Origin: an uncultured virus (IMG/VR IMGVR_UViG_3300025470_000021)
Taxonomy: Duplodnaviria > Heunggongvirae > Uroviricota > Caudoviricetes
Reading direction: 5' to 3' (one strand)
Virus record (IMG/VR): IMGVR_UViG_3300025470_000021
DNA length: 64,000 bases
The notes under the pieces were generated by a model. The model saw nothing but the letters and a program-made list of their open reading frames with translations, had not been told where the DNA came from and did no database searches. Below, in pieces: positions 10,581-19,308 of this stretch (positions within the stretch are counted from its first letter, which is position 1; each line of letters begins with the position of its first letter). Position numbers and translations under genes: made by a program.

Positions 10581-11444
10581 ATGCCATTTTTTGCGCCCGT
10601 ATCTGCTGGTGGAATAGGTAAGGCTACCTATACTGCAACAACTGGTTCACCAACGATTGACACATCTTCACGCTCCGGTAAGACAATCATCAAATACACA
10701 GGCTCAGGTTCCATCACTATTGGAACTGCGGGTTCTTGTGAAGTTCTTGTTGTCGGCGGTGGTGGTGGCGGTGGTGGAGGTGGAGGTGGAGGAGCCGGTG
10801 GGTATATCTACAACACATCTCAACTTCTTCCATCGGGTACTCTTACAGTTACTATTGGCGCGGGCGGTCTTGCGGCTCCAAATGGGCAAGGTGCTGGTCA
10901 AGGAGTCCAGGGATATGGAACTACTCTAGGAAATATAACTTCCGCCGGGGGTGGTGCTGGAAGTGGCACTCAGTACACTAGTTATGTTGTCGGTACTAAT
11001 GCTTATGGTGGATTAGGAGCAAGTGGCGGAGGCGGATCGCAAAACTCAACTCCAAATACAAGTTATTCAGGAGGCGCTTCAACCGTCCCAAGCCAAGGAA
11101 ATGCTGGCGGGGCAGGTTATGCTTTAAACACTCAATCTGGTGGTGGAGGAGGTGCTGGTGCAGCAGGAACTGCCGCAACAGGTTCTGGTTCATATCCAAA
11201 TGGAGGCGTTGGTTTAGCAAACTCCATCACAGGTTCTTCAGTTTATTACGCTGGCGGTGGTGGCGGAAACGGTGCAGGTGGTGCTTATTATGCTGGCACT
11301 GGCGGAACTGGCGGGGGTGGAAATGGCGGAACCACCAGCGGATCGGCAGTGGCAGGAACTGCCAACACCGGAGGCGGTGGTGGTGGCTCTCAGGCTGGTC
11401 CGGCTAATGGTGGCTCAGGCTATGTCGTAATAGTGATTGGATAA
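10581..11444 (+). CDS. Glycine-rich fibre/tip protein (module 2)
   Basis: EVLVVGGGGGGG...GGSGYVVI; AGGAG RBS. Confidence 0.75.
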   Translation: MPFFAPVSAGGIGKATYTATTGSPTIDTSSRSGKTIIKYTGSGSITIGTAGSCEVLVVGGGGGGGGGGGGGAGGYIYNTSQLLPSGTLTVTIGAGGLAAPNGQGAGQGVQGYGTTLGNITSAGGGAGSGTQYTSYVVGTNAYGGLGASGGGGSQNSTPNTSYSGGASTVPSQGNAGGAGYALNTQSGGGGGAGAAGTAATGSGSYPNGGVGLANSITGSSVYYAGGGGGNGAGGAYYAGTGGTGGGGNGGTTSGSAVAGTANTGGGGGGSQAGPANGGSGYVVIVIG

Positions 11445-11448
11445 TTCA

Positions 11449-11757
11449 ATGGCATACTTTGCAAAAATAAACTCAGACAATATCGTTGAACAAGTCACAG
11501 TCATCTCAAACTGCGCGATTGGTTCGTGCATCGGTAAAGATCATTGGGATTATCAAGAGGAATATCACAAAGATCATGACAAGGGAATTGACTTCCCCGA
11601 ATCTGAACCTCTAGGTCAGGCAGTCCTCGCTGAATCAGGCTTTGAAGGTCGTTGGCTACAGACCTCTTACAATGGAAAATTCCGTGGAAGATTTGCTGGT
11701 GCTGGTATGACGTATGACCCAGTAAAAGATGAGTTCGTAGTACCTTCGGCAGAGTAA
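11449..11757 (+). CDS. Small fibre-associated protein (module 2)
   Basis: MAYFAKI...WLQTSYNGKFRGRFAGAGMTYDP..DEF; this type commonly follows Gly-rich phage genes. Confidence 0.7.
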   Translation: MAYFAKINSDNIVEQVTVISNCAIGSCIGKDHWDYQEEYHKDHDKGIDFPESEPLGQAVLAESGFEGRWLQTSYNGKFRGRFAGAGMTYDPVKDEFVVPSAE

Positions 11758-11795
11758 AGCGCCCCAAACCTTCAGAGAACTGAGAGAATAACAAC

Positions 11796-12248
11796 ATGTC
11801 AGTAAAGAGATGGAACGGCACTGGGTGGGACACCTATGCAGGTGCTGGTGTTCAGGGTACCCAAGGAACTTTGGGCGCCCAAGGAACTCAGGGTCTCCAG
11901 GGTACAACAGGACCACAAGGAACTGCAGGATCTAACGGTACATCTGGTACCTCAGGAGTATTTGCGCCTAACATCATTGCAGCCAACGGTACAACGATGG
12001 CTACACAGAACGCCTATTTTGTTACAACATCTTCGGGCGCCTTTACATTGACTTTACCTGCATCTCCTACAGTTGGTCAAGAAATCCACGTATTTGACTC
12101 AACAGGAAATGCAGCAACTAATAACATTACAATTGCAAATAACTCGTCAAATATAAACGGCCAAAATACAACTTTAACAATTGATAAGGCCTATGCCGCA
12201 GTCAACCTAGTATATGTAGGCGCAACCTACGGATGGAGAGTCTCCTAA
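11796..12248 (+). CDS. Short collagen fibre protein (module 3)
   Basis: G-X-Q run followed by C-terminal domain paralogous to 8015..8788. Confidence 0.7.
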   Translation: MSVKRWNGTGWDTYAGAGVQGTQGTLGAQGTQGLQGTTGPQGTAGSNGTSGTSGVFAPNIIAANGTTMATQNAYFVTTSSGAFTLTLPASPTVGQEIHVFDSTGNAATNNITIANNSSNINGQNTTLTIDKAYAAVNLVYVGATYGWRVS

Positions 12249-12994
12249 TGGCTATCAGTTATTCATCACTAGCATCATCACTTACTCAAAAGTTTGCTGA
12301 ATTTACATCTGGAGGAACCTTTACCCCACCCGCAAACGTAACAACAGTAGAAGTATTGCTTGTTGCTGGTGGTGGTGCGGGAGGTGGCTCTTCATCTTCT
12401 TCTACTGGTGGCAGCGGAGGTGGCGGCGGCGGCCAAGTAGTTAAAAAACTTATTACTGTTTCCCCCTCAACTCCATACACAATTACTATTGGTGCAGGCG
12501 GTACCCCTAGCAGTGGCGCTGCTGGCGGCAATGGAGGAAATTCATCATTTGGTTCATTACTGATCGTTGGCGGTGGCGGTGGCGGTGGTTCATCAATTGG
12601 CTTTGGGTTAGCAGGAAGTGCTGGAACTAATGCATATGGTGGTGGAAACATCTCAAATGCAAGTAGTTCAGGAAATAACCCAAATGCTGTTGTAGGAGGT
12701 TCAGGGGGAGGAGAAGGAGCGGCCACTCCTTCTTGGCCAGGACAATCAGGTTCTGGCGCTGGTGGTCCTAACTTTGGTTACATGGCTTGGTCAAACGCTG
12801 GCAGTGCAAATACACCAACTCCTGGACCAGGCCTTTATGGGTTTGGAGCAGGAGGTGCTGGAGGTAGCACAAATAACGTTTTAGGTCAAGCGTCAGCATC
12901 TAACTCTGGAAATGGCGGCGCAGGTGGTGGAAACAACAATGCTACAGGTGGTGCTGGTGGGTCAGGCTATTGCTTTATTAGTTATTGGTCATAA
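12248..12994 (+). CDS. Glycine-rich fibre/tip protein (module 3)
   Basis: TAATG overlap; paralog of 8789..9592 (TQK..EF.S.GTFT.P.N.TTVEV; ...YWS end). Confidence 0.75.
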   Translation: MAISYSSLASSLTQKFAEFTSGGTFTPPANVTTVEVLLVAGGGAGGGSSSSSTGGSGGGGGGQVVKKLITVSPSTPYTITIGAGGTPSSGAAGGNGGNSSFGSLLIVGGGGGGGSSIGFGLAGSAGTNAYGGGNISNASSSGNNPNAVVGGSGGGEGAATPSWPGQSGSGAGGPNFGYMAWSNAGSANTPTPGPGLYGFGAGGAGGSTNNVLGQASASNSGNGGAGGGNNNATGGAGGSGYCFISYWS

Positions 12995-13003
12995 GGAGAA
13001 CAC

Positions 13004-13279
13004 ATGGAAAAACATTATGCGTTTATTAAAGATGGTTGTGTAGAAAACTGTGGAGTAGTCTCTGCTAAAGATGATGCGTATGCTCAAGCAGTATGTGACG
13101 AGCATGGGTACGACTCATTTGTTTGGCTAGATGAGGCTAATGTTCCTCATCGCTACTCTTCTTACAACGGAATAACATTCACAGAGCCAACGCTTGATTA
13201 TCTTTACAGCATTGGCATTTCTAATGAGAATACAGCGATGAGAGATGCTCGTATTGCCGCTGAAGAAGCCGCTAAGTAA
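13004..13279 (+). CDS. Small fibre-associated protein (module 3)
   Basis: Paralog of 9595..9873; AAGGAG RBS. Confidence 0.75.
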   Translation: MEKHYAFIKDGCVENCGVVSAKDDAYAQAVCDEHGYDSFVWLDEANVPHRYSSYNGITFTEPTLDYLYSIGISNENTAMRDARIAAEEAAK

Positions 13280-13282
13280 AAC

Positions 13283-13960
13283 CTACTTAGGCTTTTTCCA
13301 CTGAGTCATAGTCTTATCCTGTTTACTAGAGTTACAAGACTTACATAAGGGTTGTAAGTTCCCTACTGAATGGCGGCCGCCTTTAGCGATAGGGATGATG
13401 TGGTCAATAGTGATGCGATCTTTAGACCCGCAGTTTACGCAAGGGCTATTCATCAATTTAGTTAGTTCTTTGTCAGAAACCTGAAACACACCGTTTTGAG
13501 CCTTACGTGCTCTACGAGTCATATGATGACGCTGTACTGCTTCTGGGTTATTCTTTCGGTAATTTGCTTTAGTCTGCCGTACTTTCTCTGGGTTATTTTT
13601 GCGGTAGTTACGGTATCGTTCTTTATTTTCTTGTACATGCGTTTCATTATATCTTTTAGAATACTCAGATGAATGGTTTGGGTGAGCCTCTCTCCATTCT
13701 CGTGACTTAGCAATCAACTTCTCTTGATTTTTAGCGTAGTACTGTTGTTGATACTTTTTGCGTTTTTCTTTAGTTCGTTCTCTTGTACCTTTTTTTAACT
13801 CACGAATTCTATCGCCATTTTTCTCGTATTGATTTTTACGCCTGATTGCAGCACATGATTTACAGAACGAACTAAAGCCACTCTTTAGCGCATTATTAAG
13901 AGAGTAATTTTTTAATGGTTGGTCTTTTTTGCATTGGATACAGACCTTAGTTTTTGCCAT
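13283..13960 (-). CDS. HNH homing endonuclease
   Basis: CVNCG...[14 protein letters not shown]...[14 protein letters not shown]-terminal CxxC pairs; AT-rich and inverted relative to neighbours. Confidence 0.9.
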   Translation of the reverse strand: MAKTKVCIQCKKDQPLKNYSLNNALKSGFSSFCKSCAAIRRKNQYEKNGDRIRELKKGTRERTKEKRKKYQQQYYAKNQEKLIAKSREWREAHPNHSSEYSKRYNETHVQENKERYRNYRKNNPEKVRQTKANYRKNNPEAVQRHHMTRRARKAQNGVFQVSDKELTKLMNSPCVNCGSKDRITIDHIIPIAKGGRHSVGNLQPLCKSCNSSKQDKTMTQWKKPK

Positions 13961-14026
13961 GACAATAGAATACATTAAGGGGCGATTTAAGTCATACTAT
14001 AGAAACTACAGTGTTAGGAGAAAAAA

Positions 14027-14560
14027 ATCAGAGGATCTAGGATTGAAGGGAGATTCAAGATCCCATTTGAAATTGCCTCTAACGATGAGGGAATTGTAGA
14101 TGAACTACGCACCCCTGTAGGAACCACCGTATCCTGGTGGACCTTTGACCCTAATGCCTTGGCCTCTAACTTAGACACGTGGGTAGACCCTATCTACGAC
14201 GTCTCAAGCCAGACTCCAGGACATGGCGTTCGTTGGAATGATCCCTTTGATATGCCTGTCATTATGGCTCAACACGTTCGTGGCGACTCTTCTCCTAACG
14301 AGCGAGGCTTCTACACCACGGACACATTTAAGATCGTGGTAGCCGTGGCCGATCTCAATCGCCTGCTCCCAGACATGATTGCTAACCCAACCAACCACGT
14401 AAAAGACCACGTGATATTTAACCAAATTGTCTTTCGCCCTATGCAAGTTAACCCTCTAGGACGATACGCCGAACGGTATAGTGTGGTCCAGATTGACTGC
14501 AATCAAATCAACCCTGAGGAATTGCAGAACTATCCACAATTCCAAGACTACGCAAATTAG
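14027..14560 (+). CDS. Putative neck/head-closure protein; apparent ATC start
   Basis: Frame open from an in-frame TAG at 14015; AGGAG at 14016-14020 lies 6 nt before ATC 14027; located upstream of tail genes. Confidence 0.55.
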   Translation: MRGSRIEGRFKIPFEIASNDEGIVDELRTPVGTTVSWWTFDPNALASNLDTWVDPIYDVSSQTPGHGVRWNDPFDMPVIMAQHVRGDSSPNERGFYTTDTFKIVVAVADLNRLLPDMIANPTNHVKDHVIFNQIVFRPMQVNPLGRYAERYSVVQIDCNQINPEELQNYPQFQDYAN

Positions 14561-14571
14561 AAAGGCGTGCC

Positions 14572-14853
14572 ATGTCAGACGAGACAACAACACCTGCAGT
14601 TGATACAACCGCTCCAGCAGCGGATGCAACTGCGACAGACGCAACAACAGCACCAGCAGCAGATGCAACCGATGCTCCTGTAGCAGATGCTCCTGTAGCA
14701 GATGCTCCTGTAGCAGATGATTCAAACGCAGATGCTCCTGTAGCAGATGATTCAGACGCAGATGATGCCGATGATGAAGATGACGAAGATATTGATTTCG
14801 ACGACTTCGATGATGAAGACGACGAGGATGACGACGAAGACGACGCTGAGTAA
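14572..14853 (+). CDS. Highly acidic low-complexity protein
   Basis: (ADAPV)n then poly-D/E; no Lys or Arg. Confidence 0.7.
   Translation: MSDETTTPAVDTTAPAADATATDATTAPAADATDAPVADAPVADAPVADDSNADAPVADDSDADDADDEDDEDIDFDDFDDEDDEDDDEDDAE
14671..14760 (+). repeat. 15-bp tandem repeats (GATGCTCCTGTAGCA / GATGATTCARACGCA)
   Basis: Six 15-bp units read directly from the sequence. Confidence 0.9.
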
Positions 14854-14872
14854 TTAACCAGAAAGGTTAACC

Positions 14873-15034
14873 ATGGCTAAGAAGGCAGCCCCTAAAAAGG
14901 GGAAGGTGGAAAAGGTAATGGCCGAATACAAGGCTGGAACTTTGCACTCTGGATCAAAGACTGGTCCAGTAGTGACATCTCGCCGCCAAGCCTTGGCCAT
15001 CGGAATTAGCGAAGCAAAGAAGGTTAATAAGTAA
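14873..15034 (+). CDS. Small basic protein (DUF6496-like)
   Basis: Hand-translated MAKKAAPKKGKVEKVMAEYKAGTLHSGSKTGPVVTSRRQALAIGISEAKKVNK; GAAAGG RBS. Confidence 0.75.
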   Translation: MAKKAAPKKGKVEKVMAEYKAGTLHSGSKTGPVVTSRRQALAIGISEAKKVNK

Positions 15035-15232
15035 GTGGTGTTATCTAAGTTACAACCCGCACCACTTACGTATCCTAATGGAGGTGGATTAAAAACCATG
15101 GCAAATAAGAAGCCAGAATCACATAGGCTAGAAGTAGAAGCCCTTGCTAAAAAGCATGAGGCTGAGATGGCTAAACTCAAAGAGAAACATGCCAAGATGA
15201 CTGCACCTATGGGGGCAAAAAAGAATGGCTAA
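15035..15232 (+). CDS. Small basic protein
   Basis: Lys-rich ORF abutting neighbours; start could instead be ATG 15098. Confidence 0.6.
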   Translation: MVLSKLQPAPLTYPNGGGLKTMANKKPESHRLEVEALAKKHEAEMAKLKEKHAKMTAPMGAKKNG

Positions 15233-15419
15233 GACCATCAAGATTAAAGGCGAAGGCCATACAATTAAGAAGAACAAAAAGGGCGATGTCATTGTTGACC
15301 ATGCAGGTAACAAGGGCAAGTATGACAAAATTGACCTAACCAAGAAGACAAAGGGTAAAGTCAAGACCATCGACCAAGGCGTAAAAGCCACTAAAGATTG
15401 GCATAAGAAAAATGGCTAA
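15225..15419 (+). CDS. Small basic protein
   Basis: MAKTIKIKG..., very Lys-rich, overlaps neighbours. Confidence 0.7.
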   Translation: MAKTIKIKGEGHTIKKNKKGDVIVDHAGNKGKYDKIDLTKKTKGKVKTIDQGVKATKDWHKKNG

Positions 15420-15576
15420 AGCAAAGTTAGGTTCAGGAGCCCGCTTCAAGAAAGTTGAAGAAGAGGCAAAGAAGTCTGGTGCTAAGAATCCTGCTGCAGT
15501 TGCAGCGGCTGCTGGCATGAAGAAATATGGTAAGGCTAAAATGGAGAAGATGGCGCAGGCTGGAAAGAAGAAGTAA
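15412..15576 (+). CDS. Small basic protein
   Basis: Hand-translated MAKAKLGSGARFKKVEEEAKKSGAKNPAAVAAAAGMKKYGKAKMEKMAQAGKKK. Confidence 0.75.
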   Translation: MAKAKLGSGARFKKVEEEAKKSGAKNPAAVAAAAGMKKYGKAKMEKMAQAGKKK

Positions 15577-15577
15577 C

Positions 15578-15880
15578 ATGGCTAAAACACCAGCATGGCA
15601 AAGATCTGAAGGACAAAATAAAAAAGGCGGATTAAACGCCAAAGGTCGTGCATCTCTTAAAGCGCAGGGTCACGATATTAAGGCTCCTGTAAAAAAAGGT
15701 GACAATCCTCGTCGTGCATCATTCCTGGCTCGCATGGGCGGAATGCCAGGTCCAGAGCGCAAGCCTAATGGTGAGCCAACACGTTTGCTATTATCTCTTC
15801 AGGCTTGGGGTGCATCCTCAAAGGCTGATGCCAAAAGCAAAGCAGCCGCTATCTCAAAGAGGAATAAAAATGGCAAGTAA
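15578..15880 (+). CDS. Small basic protein (DUF6321-like)
   Basis: MAKTPAWQRSEGQNKKGGLNAKGRAS...RRASFLARM...PTRLLLSLQAW. Confidence 0.75.
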   Translation: MAKTPAWQRSEGQNKKGGLNAKGRASLKAQGHDIKAPVKKGDNPRRASFLARMGGMPGPERKPNGEPTRLLLSLQAWGASSKADAKSKAAAISKRNKNGK

Positions 15881-16016
15881 GAAGACAGACCCTTGTTGGG
15901 ATGGCTACACTCAAGTTGGTATGAAGATGAAGAATGGTAAGAAAGTACCGAACTGTGTTCCAGATCGTTCTGGCAGGATTCCAAACTCAAAACCTAGAAA
16001 GAAAGTGAGCAAGTAG
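15870..16016 (+). CDS. Small basic protein with CW.GY...K...VPNCV motif
   Basis: MASKKTDPCWDGYTQVGMKMKNGKKVPNCVP. Confidence 0.7.
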   Translation: MASKKTDPCWDGYTQVGMKMKNGKKVPNCVPDRSGRIPNSKPRKKVSK

Positions 16017-16124
16017 ATGTGTCTCAAGTGTGGTTGTGGCTGTGCCAAGGGCAAGCCAGCAAAAGGATGTAAGTGCACCTGTGCATCATGCAAGGCTGCT
16101 CGTGCTTCTAAGAAGGCCAAGTAA
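16017..16124 (+). CDS. 35-aa Cys/Lys-rich metallothionein-like peptide
   Basis: Hand-translated MCLKCGCGCAKGKPAKGCKCTCASCKAARASKKAK; abuts the upstream gene and overlaps the downstream gene (TAATG). Confidence 0.7.
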   Translation: MCLKCGCGCAKGKPAKGCKCTCASCKAARASKKAK

Positions 16125-16282
16125 TGGCTGACGGTCTATCTCCTAAGCAGAAGAAGATCGCTGCTATGGGCGGTAATCCAAAGAAGATTGATGCTGCAGA
16201 TTTTGCTGCTCTCCGTAAGGGCAAGAAAGCGTCAGCGCCTAAAAATCCTAAGATGATTACCAATCGTAAGAAGGGCATGTAA
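16124..16282 (+). CDS. Small basic protein
   Basis: Hand-translated MADGLSPKQKKIAAMGGNPKKIDAADFAALRKGKK...; TAATG overlaps at both ends. Confidence 0.75.
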   Translation: MADGLSPKQKKIAAMGGNPKKIDAADFAALRKGKKASAPKNPKMITNRKKGM

Positions 16283-16461
16283 TGGCTAAAAAGATGTCAG
16301 ATGCTGCTCAAGATGCCAAGGTAATGAAGGGTATGTCTCCAAAGCAAAAGGCGGCCTTTGAAAAGGCTGACAAGAAGATGGATAAGAAGAAGCCATCTCG
16401 TGCAGCGGATGAAAAGATGGACAAGGCTCTAGCCAAGAAGATCAAGAAAGAAAAGAAGTAA
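16282..16461 (+). CDS. Small basic protein
   Basis: Hand-translated MAKKMSDAAQDAKVMKGMSPKQKAAFEKADKKMDKKK... Confidence 0.75.
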   Translation: MAKKMSDAAQDAKVMKGMSPKQKAAFEKADKKMDKKKPSRAADEKMDKALAKKIKKEKK

Positions 16462-16466
16462 GACTT

Positions 16467-16494
16467 AGCCCCACGAAAGTGGGGCTTTTTCTTT
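16467..16494 (+). terminator. Rho-independent terminator
   Basis: AGCCCCAC-GAAA-GTGGGGCT followed by T-tract. Confidence 0.9.
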
Positions 16495-16564
16495 ATCATT
16501 GCAACATCAGGTAACCGCTGCGGTTCCTGACCACTGTTCCCGCAGGTTGCGAAAAGGGGTTGTA

Positions 16565-16738
16565 ATGGCACATAAGCCATGGTACGAACAAGTTGCTGAA
16601 ATGAACAATCAGCATGAACGTGAAGAGTTCATGCGCGGTATGTTCGGCTTTCGTCCTAAAGAAAAACAGCCAATCTTCGCAGCACTACTCGCAGGTTATA
16701 TCGGCGGTAAAGTTGCGAAGGGCAAAAAGAAGAAGTGA
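16565..16738 (+). CDS. Hypothetical protein
   Basis: ATG after AAGGGG; GTGA overlap with next gene. Confidence 0.55.
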   Translation: MAHKPWYEQVAEMNNQHEREEFMRGMFGFRPKEKQPIFAALLAGYIGGKVAKGKKKK

Positions 16739-17052
16739 CAAGCCCACACCACATCTCAGTACACCACGCAGCCCGCGATACCTCTCGCTACATGTCAGCC
16801 CAACTTCGTGCAGAAGCACGAGCATCAGGCTGGCCTCATAACATTGTCCGTGGACTTCATGTCCGCTACACCCCTAATGATGGCTTTACTGCCCACGTCC
16901 ATCCTGACCATTTTGATGAGGCGCAAGATCTTGAGTACGGCACTCCAGGAACTCGACCAACTTATGCTATTCGCCGTTTTTCAAATCGCCTTAGCGAATC
17001 TGAAGAGTTTCTTACTGAGCGCATTTTTGCCCATCTAGGGGGCGGATTATGA
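16735..17052 (+). CDS. Putative neck/tail-completion protein
   Basis: LEYGT motif and position upstream of the sheath gene. Confidence 0.45.
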   Translation: MTSPHHISVHHAARDTSRYMSAQLRAEARASGWPHNIVRGLHVRYTPNDGFTAHVHPDHFDEAQDLEYGTPGTRPTYAIRRFSNRLSESEEFLTERIFAHLGGGL

Positions 17053-17717
17053 CTTTCCTTCTTTCAGAGGATGAGGCTCTTCGCAATCTCCTCAAGGGCA
17101 TGAAGGTAACCGATCAGAAGTCCAACGCACAAGGTGCAAGCACCCGCGATGTGGGCGTATGGTTTGGACAACCTTCTCAAGAAATTAGAGACCAGACTTA
17201 CCCATACATCACCATTGATATGGTGGACGTTTCTGAGGACTTCAGCCGTTCTATGCGTGGACTGGTTAAACCAGACTATCTTCCAGACCCAAGCAAGTTA
17301 CCTGACAACACAACTGTTTATGATCCAGAGACCAACGACTGGTATATCCATGTACCTATTCCAGTCAACATTGACTATCAAGTAACAACGTATGCACGTG
17401 AGCCTCGCCATGACCGCGAGATCCTCTCACAACTTATGTACACCAGACTACCCCTGCGATTTGGTGTGCTACAACCTAACGACAACACAGTTCGTCGTCT
17501 TGATGTTCTGGATATCTCAAAGCGAGATATTACAGAAGCAGGTAAGCGTTTATTCGTAAACGCATTTACGGTGCGAATCTCCAGTGAGATCGCGCCAGAA
17601 CTATACACGGCAGTCTATAAGGCACTCGAAGTCGATATGACAGGCTATAAAGATCAAGTCCGAGGTGGAACTGATCCTAACTTTACGCCTATTGATCCGA
17701 TCACAATAACGAACTAA
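17049..17717 (+). CDS. Putative tail terminator/completion protein
   Basis: YPYITID...PVNIDYQVTTY pattern; immediately upstream of the sheath gene. Confidence 0.6.
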   Translation: MTFLLSEDEALRNLLKGMKVTDQKSNAQGASTRDVGVWFGQPSQEIRDQTYPYITIDMVDVSEDFSRSMRGLVKPDYLPDPSKLPDNTTVYDPETNDWYIHVPIPVNIDYQVTTYAREPRHDREILSQLMYTRLPLRFGVLQPNDNTVRRLDVLDISKRDITEAGKRLFVNAFTVRISSEIAPELYTAVYKALEVDMTGYKDQVRGGTDPNFTPIDPITITN

Positions 17718-17751
17718 TACGGAACCCACCCACAACAAGACAGGAGAAAGA

Positions 17752-19290
17752 ATGACTTACGGTCGTCCAGGTGTCTACCTAACAGAGACACTACTTCCAG
17801 CACCTCTCGCACAGGGAGTTGCCACAAGTGCTGCTGGTGCAGTTGCTGCGCCATTTGCACAAGGTCCTGAGATTGTGACTCGCGTTCAATCTTGGACAGA
17901 ATTTACATCAAAGTTTGGTGGCTACAACGCTGCATTCCCTGCAGTCTTTGGCGTCGCTCAATTCTTTAATAACGGTGGACGTGAACTCTACGTCAAGCGC
18001 ATCCTTCACAGTGATGCCGCAGCCGCTACAGTCTCAGTAGAGACATCAGGCAATGCAGTAGTTGCTACCTTTACAGCAAAGAACCGTGGTGCAGATGGCA
18101 ACAACCTCCGCATCAATGTCAAGGCTGGAACAGTTGCAAGCACCTACACAGTTGAGGTCTATAAAGAGGGTGTTGCAGGAACTGCGATGAACATCACCAA
18201 CGATGTACTTCTAGAGCGCTACGAAAACCTCGTATTCTCAGATCCAACATCATCAAGTTATGCTGGAACTGTCATTAACAATACTGCAGGCTCTTCAGTC
18301 ACAGTAAGCGCGTTGGCTTCAGGTACACCTGTTCTTACAGTCTATCCACTCACAGGTGGAGCAGATGGATCAGCAGTTGTTGCTGGAGACTTCACATCGT
18401 ATGCAGCAACAAGTGCATCAGTGTGGAATGAGTTCTCATCCCTTAATCGTGCTCTCGTTATGTTTATCCCACAGATCAACGACATCCTTGTCTCTGGTCA
18501 AGTTGGCGTTATCAACGATGCAATCTCATGGGCGCAGTCAAACAATGGCTTCTTTGTTGCAGAAACTCCTGCTGGAAAGTCAGCAGATGAAGCAATCGTT
18601 TACGCACAGGGTTTGACAGCAAGCAGCAATGCCGCTGTCTACTATCCAAATACTTACATTGCTGATCCAATTGGTCGTGGTAGCGGAGCAATTCGTTTGA
18701 TCGGTCCATCTGCAGCAGTTGCTGGCTTGTACTTGAACACCGATGCTACACGCAGCGTGGCCAAGGCTCCAGCAGGTATGAACTTCCCTCTTGCTGGTGT
18801 TATCTCCGTAGAAAAAGCATTTACCTCTACAGAACTTGATAACCTAAATCTAGGCTTGCCTACAGCAGGCACTGGTTCAGTTGCTCCAGTCAACGCCATC
18901 CGTCAACTTCCAGGTGCTGGAATTGTTGTCATGGGTGCTCGTACACTTCTTCAAGATGGAACAGCAAACAAGTATGTCAACATGCGCCGTTCACTCATCT
19001 ACGTTGAGCAGAACTTAAAGAACATCGCACAGTTTGCAGTCTTTGAGAATAACGATGAACGTCTATGGGCTCGTATTACAAGCACATTTAGTTCATTCCT
19101 TAATGACTACCGTAATCAGGGTGGACTTCGTGGTGGAACCCCAGCCCAGTCTTATTACGTTCTCTGCAACGCAACAAACAACACAGCATCATCTATTCAA
19201 AACGGTATAGTCAACATCCAAGTTGGCGTTGCCCTTGAATATCCTGCTGAGTTCGTAGTAATCAACCTCAGTCAAATGACCATGGCGTAA
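17752..19290 (+). CDS. Tail sheath protein
   Basis: PGVYLTE, FFNNGG, AVYYP, KAPAG, VMGARTL, YVNMRR, VFENNDERLW, PAEFVVI. Confidence 0.97.
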   Translation: MTYGRPGVYLTETLLPAPLAQGVATSAAGAVAAPFAQGPEIVTRVQSWTEFTSKFGGYNAAFPAVFGVAQFFNNGGRELYVKRILHSDAAAATVSVETSGNAVVATFTAKNRGADGNNLRINVKAGTVASTYTVEVYKEGVAGTAMNITNDVLLERYENLVFSDPTSSSYAGTVINNTAGSSVTVSALASGTPVLTVYPLTGGADGSAVVAGDFTSYAATSASVWNEFSSLNRALVMFIPQINDILVSGQVGVINDAISWAQSNNGFFVAETPAGKSADEAIVYAQGLTASSNAAVYYPNTYIADPIGRGSGAIRLIGPSAAVAGLYLNTDATRSVAKAPAGMNFPLAGVISVEKAFTSTELDNLNLGLPTAGTGSVAPVNAIRQLPGAGIVVMGARTLLQDGTANKYVNMRRSLIYVEQNLKNIAQFAVFENNDERLWARITSTFSSFLNDYRNQGGLRGGTPAQSYYVLCNATNNTASSIQNGIVNIQVGVALEYPAEFVVINLSQMTMA

Positions 19291-19308
19291 TCCAGAAGGA
19301 GATCATAG

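Larger units (their letters stand above)
9838..13280 (+). repeat. 37-bp exact direct repeat at 9838-9874 and 13244-13280
   Basis: GATGCTCGTATTGCCGCTGAAGAAGCCGCTAAGTAAA at both sites. Confidence 0.9.

Noticed and set aside
9352..12726. Pro-rich minus-strand ORFs
   Set aside because: Antisense of poly-Gly codons
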